Shown here in pieces: positions 1 through 7,706 of a stretch of DNA of 64,000 nucleotides (the first letter of the stretch is position 1; the number at the start of each line of letters is the position of its first letter). The stretch is from Flavobacteriales bacterium (GTDB lineage Bacteria; Bacteroidota; Bacteroidia; Flavobacteriales; UBA7312), in contig JADHMQ010000002.1 in the NCBI GenBank assembly GCA_016779935.1, positions 103,649-167,648 of the forward strand, written 5' to 3'. A program made the translations under genes and the position numbers. The notes below the pieces were generated by a model, which did not search any database, was not told where the DNA came from, and worked only from the letters and a program-made list of their open reading frames with translations.

Positions 1-75
1 TATTTTTTGAAGCCTTCATCGGCGTTATTCAGATGAAAATTAGAAGTTTATTTACCACACTCAAACAAAAACCTC

Positions 76-1413
76 ATGCCTAGCACATTAATTCGAAATG
101 CCCAAATCGTTAATGAGGGTCAAATTTTTCGTTCAGATGTGTTAATAAAAGATGGTCTTATTGCTCAAATTGGTGAGTCCATTGACTATGTTGCCGATAC
201 CATTATTGATGCAAATGGCAAACACCTTATCCCTGGTGTGATTGATGATCAAGTTCACTTTAGAGAACCAGGACTTACTCATAAAGCAGAAATTTATACA
301 GAGTCTAAAGCCGCTGTTGCTGGAGGTATCACATCCTTTATGGAGATGCCTAATACCAACCCTCAAACTCTTACTCAAGAATTACTCGAAGAAAAGTACA
401 AAAGAGCAAGTGAGGTGTCATTAGCAAATTATTCCTTTTTTATGGGTGCTTCAAATGATAATCTTGAGGAAGTCCTAAAAACCAATCCTAGAAATGTTGG
501 GGCGGTAAAAATATTTATGGGCTCTTCCACTGGAAATATGCTGGTTGATAATAGAGAGGTTTTAGAGAAAATATTCAAAGAGTCTAAAATGTTAATTGCT
601 GTGCATTGTGAAGATGAAGAAACCGTGAAAGCAAACGCTGAATTAGCAAGGCAACAGTTCGGCGAGGACGTTCCTATTGAACAACATCCAAAGATAAGAA
701 GTGTGGAAGCGTGTTATAAATCCTCTTCCATGGCTATAGAGCTTGCCAAAAAACACAATACTCGATTACATGTTTTTCATCTTTCAACAGCCAAAGAGAT
801 AGAGTTGTTTAGAAATGATATTCCTCTTGAAGAAAAACGCATAACGGCTGAGGTGTGTATTCACCACTTGTGGTTTGATGATAGTCAGTATGCAGAAAAA
901 GGAACACATATAAAGTGGAACCCTGCTGTTAAAAGCAAATCGGATAGAGACCAACTTTTTCAAGCTTTACTCGATGATAAATTAGATATTATTGCTACGG
1001 ACCATGCCCCACACACTTTGGAAGAAAAAGACAACACCTACTTTAAAGCACCCTCGGGAGGTCCTTTGGTTCAACATGCATTATCTGCTATGTTGGAGTT
1101 TTATCATCAGGGTAAAATAAGTTTAGAGAAAGTGGTTGAAAAAATGTGCCATGCTCCTGCCGTATGTTTTCAATTAGAGGGTAGAGGCTTTATTAGAAAA
1201 GGCTATGCGGCTGACCTAGTGTTAGTAGACATAGATAATCCATGGGAAGTTTCAAAAGAAAACATTTTATATAAATGTGCTTGGTCACCATTTGAAGGCA
1301 CAACCTTTAATTCAAAAGTGACTCATACTTGGATTAATGGTCATCTGGCATATAAGGATGGTCATTTTGATGAATCTCAAAAAGGACAACGCTTATTATT
1401 TGACAGGGTATAA
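76..1413 (+). CDS. pyrC: dihydroorotase (cyclic amidohydrolase family)
   Basis: 445-aa ORF. The amidohydrolase metal-ligand pattern is visible: VIDDQVHFREPG, GAVKIFMG (Lys), AVHCED, HVFHLS, ATDHAPH. Length fits the long bacterial DHOase/allantoinase class. Confidence 0.85.
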   Translation: MPSTLIRNAQIVNEGQIFRSDVLIKDGLIAQIGESIDYVADTIIDANGKHLIPGVIDDQVHFREPGLTHKAEIYTESKAAVAGGITSFMEMPNTNPQTLTQELLEEKYKRASEVSLANYSFFMGASNDNLEEVLKTNPRNVGAVKIFMGSSTGNMLVDNREVLEKIFKESKMLIAVHCEDEETVKANAELARQQFGEDVPIEQHPKIRSVEACYKSSSMAIELAKKHNTRLHVFHLSTAKEIELFRNDIPLEEKRITAEVCIHHLWFDDSQYAEKGTHIKWNPAVKSKSDRDQLFQALLDDKLDIIATDHAPHTLEEKDNTYFKAPSGGPLVQHALSAMLEFYHQGKISLEKVVEKMCHAPAVCFQLEGRGFIRKGYAADLVLVDIDNPWEVSKENILYKCAWSPFEGTTFNSKVTHTWINGHLAYKDGHFDESQKGQRLLFDRV

Positions 1414-1440
1414 AAAAAGAGGCAAACGCCCCTTTTTTTA
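1414..1440. terminator. bidirectional rho-independent terminator between pyrC and the small lipoprotein gene
   Basis: AAAAAAAGAGGC-AAAC-GCCCCTTTTTTT: a short GC stem flanked by an A-run and a T-run. On the minus-strand RNA the stem GGGGC/GCCUC pairs with one G-U. Confidence 0.6.
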
Positions 1441-1457
1441 AAAGTGTCTTTTAAGAA

Positions 1458-1646
1458 TTACTCTGCAGCTTCTTCAGTAGCAGTAGAATCCATTTCAGCT
1501 TCTTCAGCAACCACCTCAACTGTATCAGCAGTAGCAGTAGTTTCTTCAGTAGTAGTTTCTTCAACTACTTCAGCTTTTTCAGCAGGTGCACCACAAGCAA
1601 CTAGGCCCATAACAGCAATCGCTAGAACATACATTAAATTTTTCAT
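1458..1646 (-). CDS. small acidic low-complexity lipoprotein (62 aa)
   Basis: Signal peptide plus lipobox MKNLMYVLAIAVMGLVAC|G, followed by an E/T/A/V-rich tail. Sits between a terminator and an AT-rich upstream region. The opposite-strand ORF 1444..1686 has no such signal. Confidence 0.6.
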   Translation of the reverse strand: MKNLMYVLAIAVMGLVACGAPAEKAEVVEETTTEETTATADTVEVVAEEAEMDSTATEEAAE

Positions 1647-1725
1647 TGCGTTTTTTTTTAATTGTTATAACAAGTCACAAATATAAGGTTATATATGTAT
1701 TAATTAAGTTGTTTAACTTTGAAAA

Positions 1726-2064
1726 ATGAAATATTTTTTATTCGCATCATTATTATTGTTTGCATTTTGCACAAACAAAGAGCAAAGTACTCAAGTTTCA
1801 ATCAGTACAGAGGACATGAAAGAAATTCTAAAAGAAAGGCAATTGCTCATATCAACACTTAATACGTATCAATATGATGGCGTGATTTCGGATGAAAAAA
1901 TAGACTCTATACTGTCCTCTACATATTTAAAGCAGGGCTATACGGAAGAAGAATTCCAGTCCAGCTGGAAGTATTACCTTAAGGATGGCAAGGATGAATT
2001 GTATGATATTTATGGAAATATTTTACAAGATTTTGAGCTAATGCTGGAAGAGTCTAGGAACTAG
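1726..2064 (+). CDS. hypothetical lipoprotein (112 aa)
   Basis: N-terminal signal with Cys (LLLFAFC|TNKE). No recognisable family motif. Confidence 0.55.
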   Translation: MKYFLFASLLLFAFCTNKEQSTQVSISTEDMKEILKERQLLISTLNTYQYDGVISDEKIDSILSSTYLKQGYTEEEFQSSWKYYLKDGKDELYDIYGNILQDFELMLEESRN

Positions 2065-3064
2065 TTTTTTCCGATAAAAACCATGTGCTATATTTCTTAA
2101 TGCTTTGTCTTATTGGAATAAATTTGTAAGAGAGAGTTTTGCTAATCTTTGCGTTAGAATAACTGCTATTTACCATAGATTTATTAGCAGTTTCCTTAGT
2201 GATTAAGGGGGACTTTCGTGTGACTAAAGATTTAACCCACTCTAATCGCCAAGCTAATTCCTTTATAAAAGGGGTGACTTTTATATGTGGTTTTGGTCGG
2301 TTCAAACTTTCAGCAATCCATTCGAAAACTTGACTATACGCTAAGTTTTCTGAGTTTAAGATAAAGCGTTCATTTACAATTTCACTTTCAGAAAGTTGAA
2401 TGATTACATTGGCTACATCAATAACATCTACATAGCCAGTGCTTCCAGTCGTAAAATACTTCAAACCATCCCATACTTTTTCGAAAAGCTGAGAGCTTCC
2501 TTTCGACCAATCGCCAGGGCCTAAAATTACTGATGGGTTTACAATAACGGCGTCAAGCCCTTCTTGTGTGCCTCGCCAAACTTCTTGTTCTGAGAGGTAT
2601 TTACTAACGGAATAAGCCGTATTGTGAGGATTAGGCTTCCAGTAATTATCTTCTGTTTTTTCAATATCTGAATCCGAATTTCCTAGTGCTGCTATTGAGC
2701 TAACATAGGCTAATTTGGACACATTAAATTTTATAGATGTATTGACAATATTAGCTGTTCCTTCAACATTGAACTGCATCATTTTCTCAATATCTTTTGA
2801 GTCGAACGACACCAGTGCAGCACAATGAATAACAGTGTCACAGCCTTCAATGGCATTTTGAAGCGACAAAATATCTAATAAGTCACCATCTACCCATTCA
2901 ATTTTCTGCAATAATTCGCTTTGATTGTAGTAGTTAAATATTTTTTCAACGATTGAGAAAGAGCTTGTTTTGCGTTTTAAAGCTCGAACGCTCTTGCCTT
3001 CTTGAGTTAATTTTAGGAGAATATGTGCTCCAACTAATCCTGTTCCACCTGTAATAAAAATCAT
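2054..3064 (-). CDS. NAD-dependent epimerase/dehydratase (extended SDR family)
   Basis: Rossmann motif [14 protein letters not shown] at the N-terminus and a YSVSK (YxxxK) catalytic motif. The track start at 3073 is TTG; I moved it to the ATG at 3064. Confidence 0.8.
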   Translation of the reverse strand: MIFITGGTGLVGAHILLKLTQEGKSVRALKRKTSSFSIVEKIFNYYNQSELLQKIEWVDGDLLDILSLQNAIEGCDTVIHCAALVSFDSKDIEKMMQFNVEGTANIVNTSIKFNVSKLAYVSSIAALGNSDSDIEKTEDNYWKPNPHNTAYSVSKYLSEQEVWRGTQEGLDAVIVNPSVILGPGDWSKGSSQLFEKVWDGLKYFTTGSTGYVDVIDVANVIIQLSESEIVNERFILNSENLAYSQVFEWIAESLNRPKPHIKVTPFIKELAWRLEWVKSLVTRKSPLITKETANKSMVNSSYSNAKISKTLSYKFIPIRQSIKKYSTWFLSEKTSS

Positions 3065-3110
3065 CTTCAACAAAGGTAGAGAAAAAATAGTCCTAAAATT
3101 TCACATTATT

Positions 3111-3118
3111 TATATTTG
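3111..3118 (+). promoter_or_regulatory. Bacteroidetes-type -7 promoter box upstream of tyrS
   Basis: Exact match TATATTTG to the TAnnTTTG consensus, 20 nt upstream of the tyrS ATG. Confidence 0.5.
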
Positions 3119-3137
3119 CTCAAATAATTATACATCA

Positions 3138-4406
3138 ATGAACTTTGTAGAGGAATTAAAATGGAGAGGTATGATACACGATATCATGCCTGGAACTGAG
3201 GAGCAATTACAAAAAGAAGTTACTACAGCTTATATAGGTTTTGACCCTACAGCTGATTCTTTACACATTGGTTCATTGGTGCAAATAATGATATTAGTTC
3301 ACCTTCAGCGTTGTGGACATAAGCCCATTGCTTTAATGGGCGGAGCCACTGGTATGGTTGGTGATCCTTCTGGAAAATCTAAAGAAAGAAATATGATTTC
3401 CGAAGAAGTTTTACAGCACAACTTACAAAGTGTTCAGAAGCAAATGGAACGGTTTTTAAATTTCGATTGCGGCGATACTTCGGCAGAGATTGTCAATAAT
3501 TACGATTGGTTTAAGGACTTTAGTTTCTTAGATTTTATTCGAGAAGCAGGAAAACATATTTCCATCAATTATATGATGGCGAAAGACTCTGTTAAATCTA
3601 GGTTAGAAACAGGTATGAGTTTTACGGAGTTTAGCTACCAATTGGTTCAAGGCTATGATTTTTATTGGTTGTTTAAGAACAAAAATTGTAGGATACAATT
3701 AGGCGGTTCTGATCAATGGGGAAATATTACAACTGGAACAGAATTCATAAGAAGAAAGGATGGCGGTGAGGCTTTTGCTGTTACTACGCCATTGATTAAA
3801 AAAGCCGACGGCGGAAAATTTGGAAAGACAGAAGAAGGAAATGTTTGGTTAGATAAGCGACTCACTTCTCCTTATAAGTTTTATCAGTTTTGGTTAAACT
3901 CTTCTGATGAGGATGTTAAAAATTACATTCGTATTTTTACTCTTCTAACGAAAGAGGAGATTGAAAAATTAGAGGCTCAGCATGAGGAAGCACCACATAT
4001 GAGAATACTGCAAAAGACCTTAGCTGAGGACATTACTATTCGCGTACATTCTAAAGAAGATTTAGATGCTGCTATCAAAGCTTCAAATATTTTATTTGGA
4101 AAATCTACTTCAGAAGATTTACTGTCATTGGATGAAGATACTTTTCTTTCCGTTTTTGAAGGAGTGCCACAGTTTTCTATTAGTAAAGATGATTTGAGTT
4201 CGGATATCTTTGATTTTCTAGCAGAAAAAACTCAGGTGTTTTCTTCAAAAGGCGAGGCAAGACGTATGATTCAGAGTAATGCTGTTAGTATCAATAAAGA
4301 AAAAATCACAGCAGAGAAAGTGCTATCTGAAAATGACCTCATTTCCCAAAAATATTTATTGGTACAAAAAGGCAAGAAAAATTATTTCCTTATAACTGTT
4401 AACTAG
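3138..4406 (+). CDS. tyrS: tyrosine--tRNA ligase
   Basis: 422 aa. Class I HIGH-type motif (SLHIGS), KMSKS-type motif (KFGKT), GGSDQWGNI, and a C-terminal S4-like domain. Confidence 0.95.
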   Translation: MNFVEELKWRGMIHDIMPGTEEQLQKEVTTAYIGFDPTADSLHIGSLVQIMILVHLQRCGHKPIALMGGATGMVGDPSGKSKERNMISEEVLQHNLQSVQKQMERFLNFDCGDTSAEIVNNYDWFKDFSFLDFIREAGKHISINYMMAKDSVKSRLETGMSFTEFSYQLVQGYDFYWLFKNKNCRIQLGGSDQWGNITTGTEFIRRKDGGEAFAVTTPLIKKADGGKFGKTEEGNVWLDKRLTSPYKFYQFWLNSSDEDVKNYIRIFTLLTKEEIEKLEAQHEEAPHMRILQKTLAEDITIRVHSKEDLDAAIKASNILFGKSTSEDLLSLDEDTFLSVFEGVPQFSISKDDLSSDIFDFLAEKTQVFSSKGEARRMIQSNAVSINKEKITAEKVLSENDLISQKYLLVQKGKKNYFLITVN

Positions 4407-4813
4407 GGTAGTGACGAATGGTGTAGATTAATCTTTATCTCGCCATCTTCAATGATATAACCAAAACTGTATTCTACTTTCGTTTCATCGCCATTTCTGT
4501 CGGTGAAGTAATAGTGTCCGACAGCAAATGCTTGTTGGTTTTTGAAGATTATACCCTCATTTTCAAAGCGTACTTTAGTCCAAGGTTTTAGAGCAAAACC
4601 ATTGTCCTCAGAAATATGTCCACTAATAAAATAAGAGATAATATCTGGATGATTCGTTCTAAAAGCTTGTTCTTTAGCCATAGTAGGCTTCATTAAGATT
4701 TCGTTGGCGTACATTTTGCTTACAAACTCTTTTGCCTCTAGTTTATTTTTTCCAATCTGAACTACTCCTTTTCCCCATTCATTTTGGGCTTGTAAAATAT
4801 CTTCTTTTAACAT
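4403..4813 (-). CDS. hypothetical protein, possibly NTF2-like/SnoaL-like fold
   Basis: 136 aa with no signal peptide. Size and pattern (W..G...., YYF.D..G, C-terminal LHHSS) resemble small NTF2-like proteins. The fold call is from memory only. Confidence 0.4.
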   Translation of the reverse strand: MLKEDILQAQNEWGKGVVQIGKNKLEAKEFVSKMYANEILMKPTMAKEQAFRTNHPDIISYFISGHISEDNGFALKPWTKVRFENEGIIFKNQQAFAVGHYYFTDRNGDETKVEYSFGYIIEDGEIKINLHHSSLP

Positions 4814-4841
4814 ACCCGCAAGATATTAAATTCTTAATTTT

Positions 4842-5342
4842 TTAAAGCATTTTTTCGAAGCAGTAGTAAATATCTTTATGAGGCTTAAGATTGATGTGTC
4901 CAAGTTGTTTGTAGCCAATCCGTTTGTAAAAGGCGATGGCTTTTGGATTATTGATATAGGTGTCTAAACGCATAGAAATATGTTTGTTTTCTAGAGCTAA
5001 TTTTTCAGCATATTTCATCATTTGCTTTCCTACACCTTTGTTCCAAACAGAAACTTTAGCACACAGACGGTGAACTACCATGAAGTTGTTTGTTTTGTCT
5101 TGCCAATCTATGTCTAGGTATGTAGGGTCTTGTTTGGCATCAATTTTTATACCTGATACAATTTCATCATTAATGATACCCACGTAATAATCTCCAGTTT
5201 CTAGGTCTTTTTTTATGACTTCTCTGTTAGGGTAGCTTTCGTCCCATTGATCAATACCTAGTTCTATCATGCCCCTTACACATGAATCATAGACCTCCAT
5301 AATTTGATTCAGTTCGTTTACTTTGGCTTTTCTGATAATCAT
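4842..5342 (-). CDS. GNAT family N-acetyltransferase
   Basis: 166 aa. Acetyl-CoA binding motif region VWNKGVGKQMM and a typical GNAT length. The start overlaps the upstream stop (TAATG). Confidence 0.8.
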   Translation of the reverse strand: MIIRKAKVNELNQIMEVYDSCVRGMIELGIDQWDESYPNREVIKKDLETGDYYVGIINDEIVSGIKIDAKQDPTYLDIDWQDKTNNFMVVHRLCAKVSVWNKGVGKQMMKYAEKLALENKHISMRLDTYINNPKAIAFYKRIGYKQLGHINLKPHKDIYYCFEKML

Positions 5343-6349
5343 TATTGAATAAGTAAGTTACAACCTCTTATGTCTGAAAGTTCGAAACGACCTTTTAGCT
5401 CAAAAGAGAGTTCATTAATTGTTTTTCCTAAATCTTGTGTAGCTATAAATGAACAGGAATTGATATTGGCTAAGTCTATGATATTTATGCCTCCAGTTTG
5501 TTGGTGATCCAAAATGGTAAAAGGGTCTTGAGTGTCGCGAATGATTACTTTCATCCAAGGTGGTGTTTCAAAAATTCCATTGCTTTTGGAATATGCCTGA
5601 GAAAGCAATTCCGTCATGCCATATTCTGAGTGAATAGTGTTCAGCTGAAAAGCTTTTTTAAGAACCTCATGAAGTTCTGATTTTATCATTTCTTTTCGTT
5701 GTCCTTTCATTCCTCCAGTCTCCATTACTATGACGTTTTGCAGTTGTTGAGGAAACTGTTCAGCTAAATCTAATAAAGCGTAACTCACACCGATAAGCAA
5801 AGTTTTTCCATCAGTTGGCTGAGCTAACAGCTTTGCTAAATCTTCAAGATTATGGAGGTAGAATCCGCTTTCTTGGTGTTGGCTATCCTTTATAAGATGA
5901 TTGCACATAAAAACTAATGAAGAACCTTCTCGTTCAAGATATGAGGGAAGTAGTGCTAGTATGCGATAGTCTTTTGGCTTACCGTAAAAGTGACTAAACC
6001 CTTGCATAAAACTTTCAGTATATATATTGAGGTCAGTGAGGTGGTGTTGGCTTACCTCTTGTCCCGTAGTTCCGCTACTAGTAAATGTTTTTTGAATAGT
6101 GTTAGTGTTTGATACAATCGAGTGGCTTTTGAAAAACTCTATGGGTAAGAAAGGAATATCATGAATTGATGTAATGCTATTAATGTCGGTTTTAAGTAAG
6201 CTCAAATACCGTTTGTAGGGTTCACAATTATTAGCTTGAAGATGAAATACCTTTAGAGCTTTCTCTTCAAACGATAACTGTTTTTCAAATACCCAATTCA
6301 TATGGCGAAAATAAAAAAAAGCTCCTCTTATTATGGAGGAGCCAATCAA
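5342..6349 (-). CDS. LuxE-like acyl-protein synthetase / adenylate-forming enzyme family protein
   Basis: 335 aa. Adenylate-forming P-loop-like motif TSSGTTGQ, METGGMKG and SEYGMTE blocks, as in LuxE/F390-synthetase-like proteins. Confidence 0.6.
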   Translation of the reverse strand: MIGSSIIRGAFFYFRHMNWVFEKQLSFEEKALKVFHLQANNCEPYKRYLSLLKTDINSITSIHDIPFLPIEFFKSHSIVSNTNTIQKTFTSSGTTGQEVSQHHLTDLNIYTESFMQGFSHFYGKPKDYRILALLPSYLEREGSSLVFMCNHLIKDSQHQESGFYLHNLEDLAKLLAQPTDGKTLLIGVSYALLDLAEQFPQQLQNVIVMETGGMKGQRKEMIKSELHEVLKKAFQLNTIHSEYGMTELLSQAYSKSNGIFETPPWMKVIIRDTQDPFTILDHQQTGGINIIDLANINSCSFIATQDLGKTINELSFELKGRFELSDIRGCNLLIQ

Positions 6350-6369
6350 TTAAATAATATATTTTGAAT

Positions 6370-7530
6370 TTAGAATCCTAGCTTTCCAAAGAATTTGCTA
6401 ATACCTGCGGCAAATTCTTTTGGTATTTCAACTAACATAGAACTGAATGTTAGTTGTTCATTTACGCCGATAGCAATAGCGATGGATATAATTAAACCAA
6501 TCAAAGCATATGAGAAATCTTTAATTAGTAGCTTGAAAGCCATAGCGGTGCTATTTTCGCCAGAATTACGGATAGCCATAGCTACCTCTCTACCACCTAA
6601 TAGACCGATAAACACCCATGTTGTACTTATTGGCACTTTGGAGTATATTTTGAAGTAGAATAAAATAATGCAGTATATGAAATCAATAATGGTAGCAAAT
6701 CGCACATCAGTAACAACTGATTTTTCAGTAACAATTTTTTGAATTCGTCCACCTTTATAGTAGAGTAGTAAACCTAAGCCGATAAATACAATACCAGCAA
6801 AACCTGCAAATTGTCCAAAGCTCATGCTTCTTGGGAGGTAAACAGCAATATTTGCGGCATCTTGCATTAGCCATACAGACCATAATGTGCCACTTGTAAT
6901 CCATTGAGCAATGGTCCATCCAAACTTAGCTTCACCGGTAAATTTCTTTTTAGCCCATTGAGATATAAGCATAAAAATTATGAATCCCATAAAGAAGGCT
7001 AGCACATAACCACTCATACTCTTTGCAAGTACTTTACCTACTGCAGCAGGAGCGGCAGCAAATGATGTAAGTAGAATGAATGTTGTAGAAACAGGCATTC
7101 TCAATCGAGTAAGAATTAATAAAAATACTGGAGCAGCTATTTGCAGAAAGTGAAAATTAGTTGGACTTTTTTCAAAACCTTTAGCCAAGAGTCGACCATG
7201 ACTCACATCGCCATCAAAAACAAACCATGAATAACCAACAGTAGCTAGGAAAATACCACCAATAAATATCCAAAGTACCCACCATTTCTTTTCTTGGTTA
7301 GACGCGATGAATGTACCCAGTGTTTGAATACTATCATTCGCAACAGCTGCATAGGCAGCAAATACGAAGCCAACCCACATGCCAATTTGAGGGTAAGGAG
7401 TAGAAAACATTGCTAAAACAAAAGCAAAAACTACGAAAGTCAGGAATTTTCTTTCGTCTTTATGAATCCACAGGTTAGTGGGGTAACTAGATTTTTTGAA
7501 GAAGTTTTTGGGCATTTTATTAGAAATCAA
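6370..7530 (-). CDS. divergent PiT (PHO4) superfamily membrane transporter
   Basis: About 12 hydrophobic segments and a two-fold internal repeat of PiT-like signatures: AVANDSIQTLGT ... MPVSTTF and QDAANIAVYLP ... VPISTTWVFIGLLGG. The start is ambiguous (TTG at 7530 or ATG at 7515). Confidence 0.55.
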   Translation of the reverse strand: MISNKMPKNFFKKSSYPTNLWIHKDERKFLTFVVFAFVLAMFSTPYPQIGMWVGFVFAAYAAVANDSIQTLGTFIASNQEKKWWVLWIFIGGIFLATVGYSWFVFDGDVSHGRLLAKGFEKSPTNFHFLQIAAPVFLLILTRLRMPVSTTFILLTSFAAAPAAVGKVLAKSMSGYVLAFFMGFIIFMLISQWAKKKFTGEAKFGWTIAQWITSGTLWSVWLMQDAANIAVYLPRSMSFGQFAGFAGIVFIGLGLLLYYKGGRIQKIVTEKSVVTDVRFATIIDFIYCIILFYFKIYSKVPISTTWVFIGLLGGREVAMAIRNSGENSTAMAFKLLIKDFSYALIGLIISIAIAIGVNEQLTFSSMLVEIPKEFAAGISKFFGKLGF

Positions 7531-7610
7531 CCCATTATGACTGCAACAGAATACACAGTAATCATTATAATTGTATATAGTGCTTTGCTAATATCTATTT
7601 TTGAATCCAT
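7527..7610 (-). CDS. possible 27-aa hydrophobic micropeptide (MDSKIDISKALYTIIMITVYSVAVIMG)
   Basis: ATG-initiated ORF not in the track. It has a single TM-like segment, and its TGA overlaps the TTG start of the PiT-like gene. It could be spurious. Confidence 0.25.
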   Translation of the reverse strand: MDSKIDISKALYTIIMITVYSVAVIMG

Positions 7611-7706
7611 CTAACTAAATTTAAAAAACAAATATATATTTACTAAATTATGTCAGTAGATGTAGAGTGTTATATAATTGTTAAATTAACATTAAATAAA
7701 ATTTCG

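Noticed and set aside
1-83. Open frame (+3) running from the window edge to a TAG at 81-83 (..FFEAFIGVIQMKIRSLFTTLKQKPHA), possibly the 3' end of an upstream gene that overlaps the pyrC start.
   Set aside because: Only 26 codons are visible and no motif is present, so it cannot be told apart from a chance open frame.
1444-1686. 80-aa plus-strand ORF (MSFKNYSAASSVAVESISASS...) overlapping the small lipoprotein gene.
   Set aside because: It is a mirror-image artefact of low-complexity repeat DNA. It has no signal or other gene-like features, runs through the terminator-flanked unit in the wrong sense, and the minus-strand frame has a clean lipoprotein signal.
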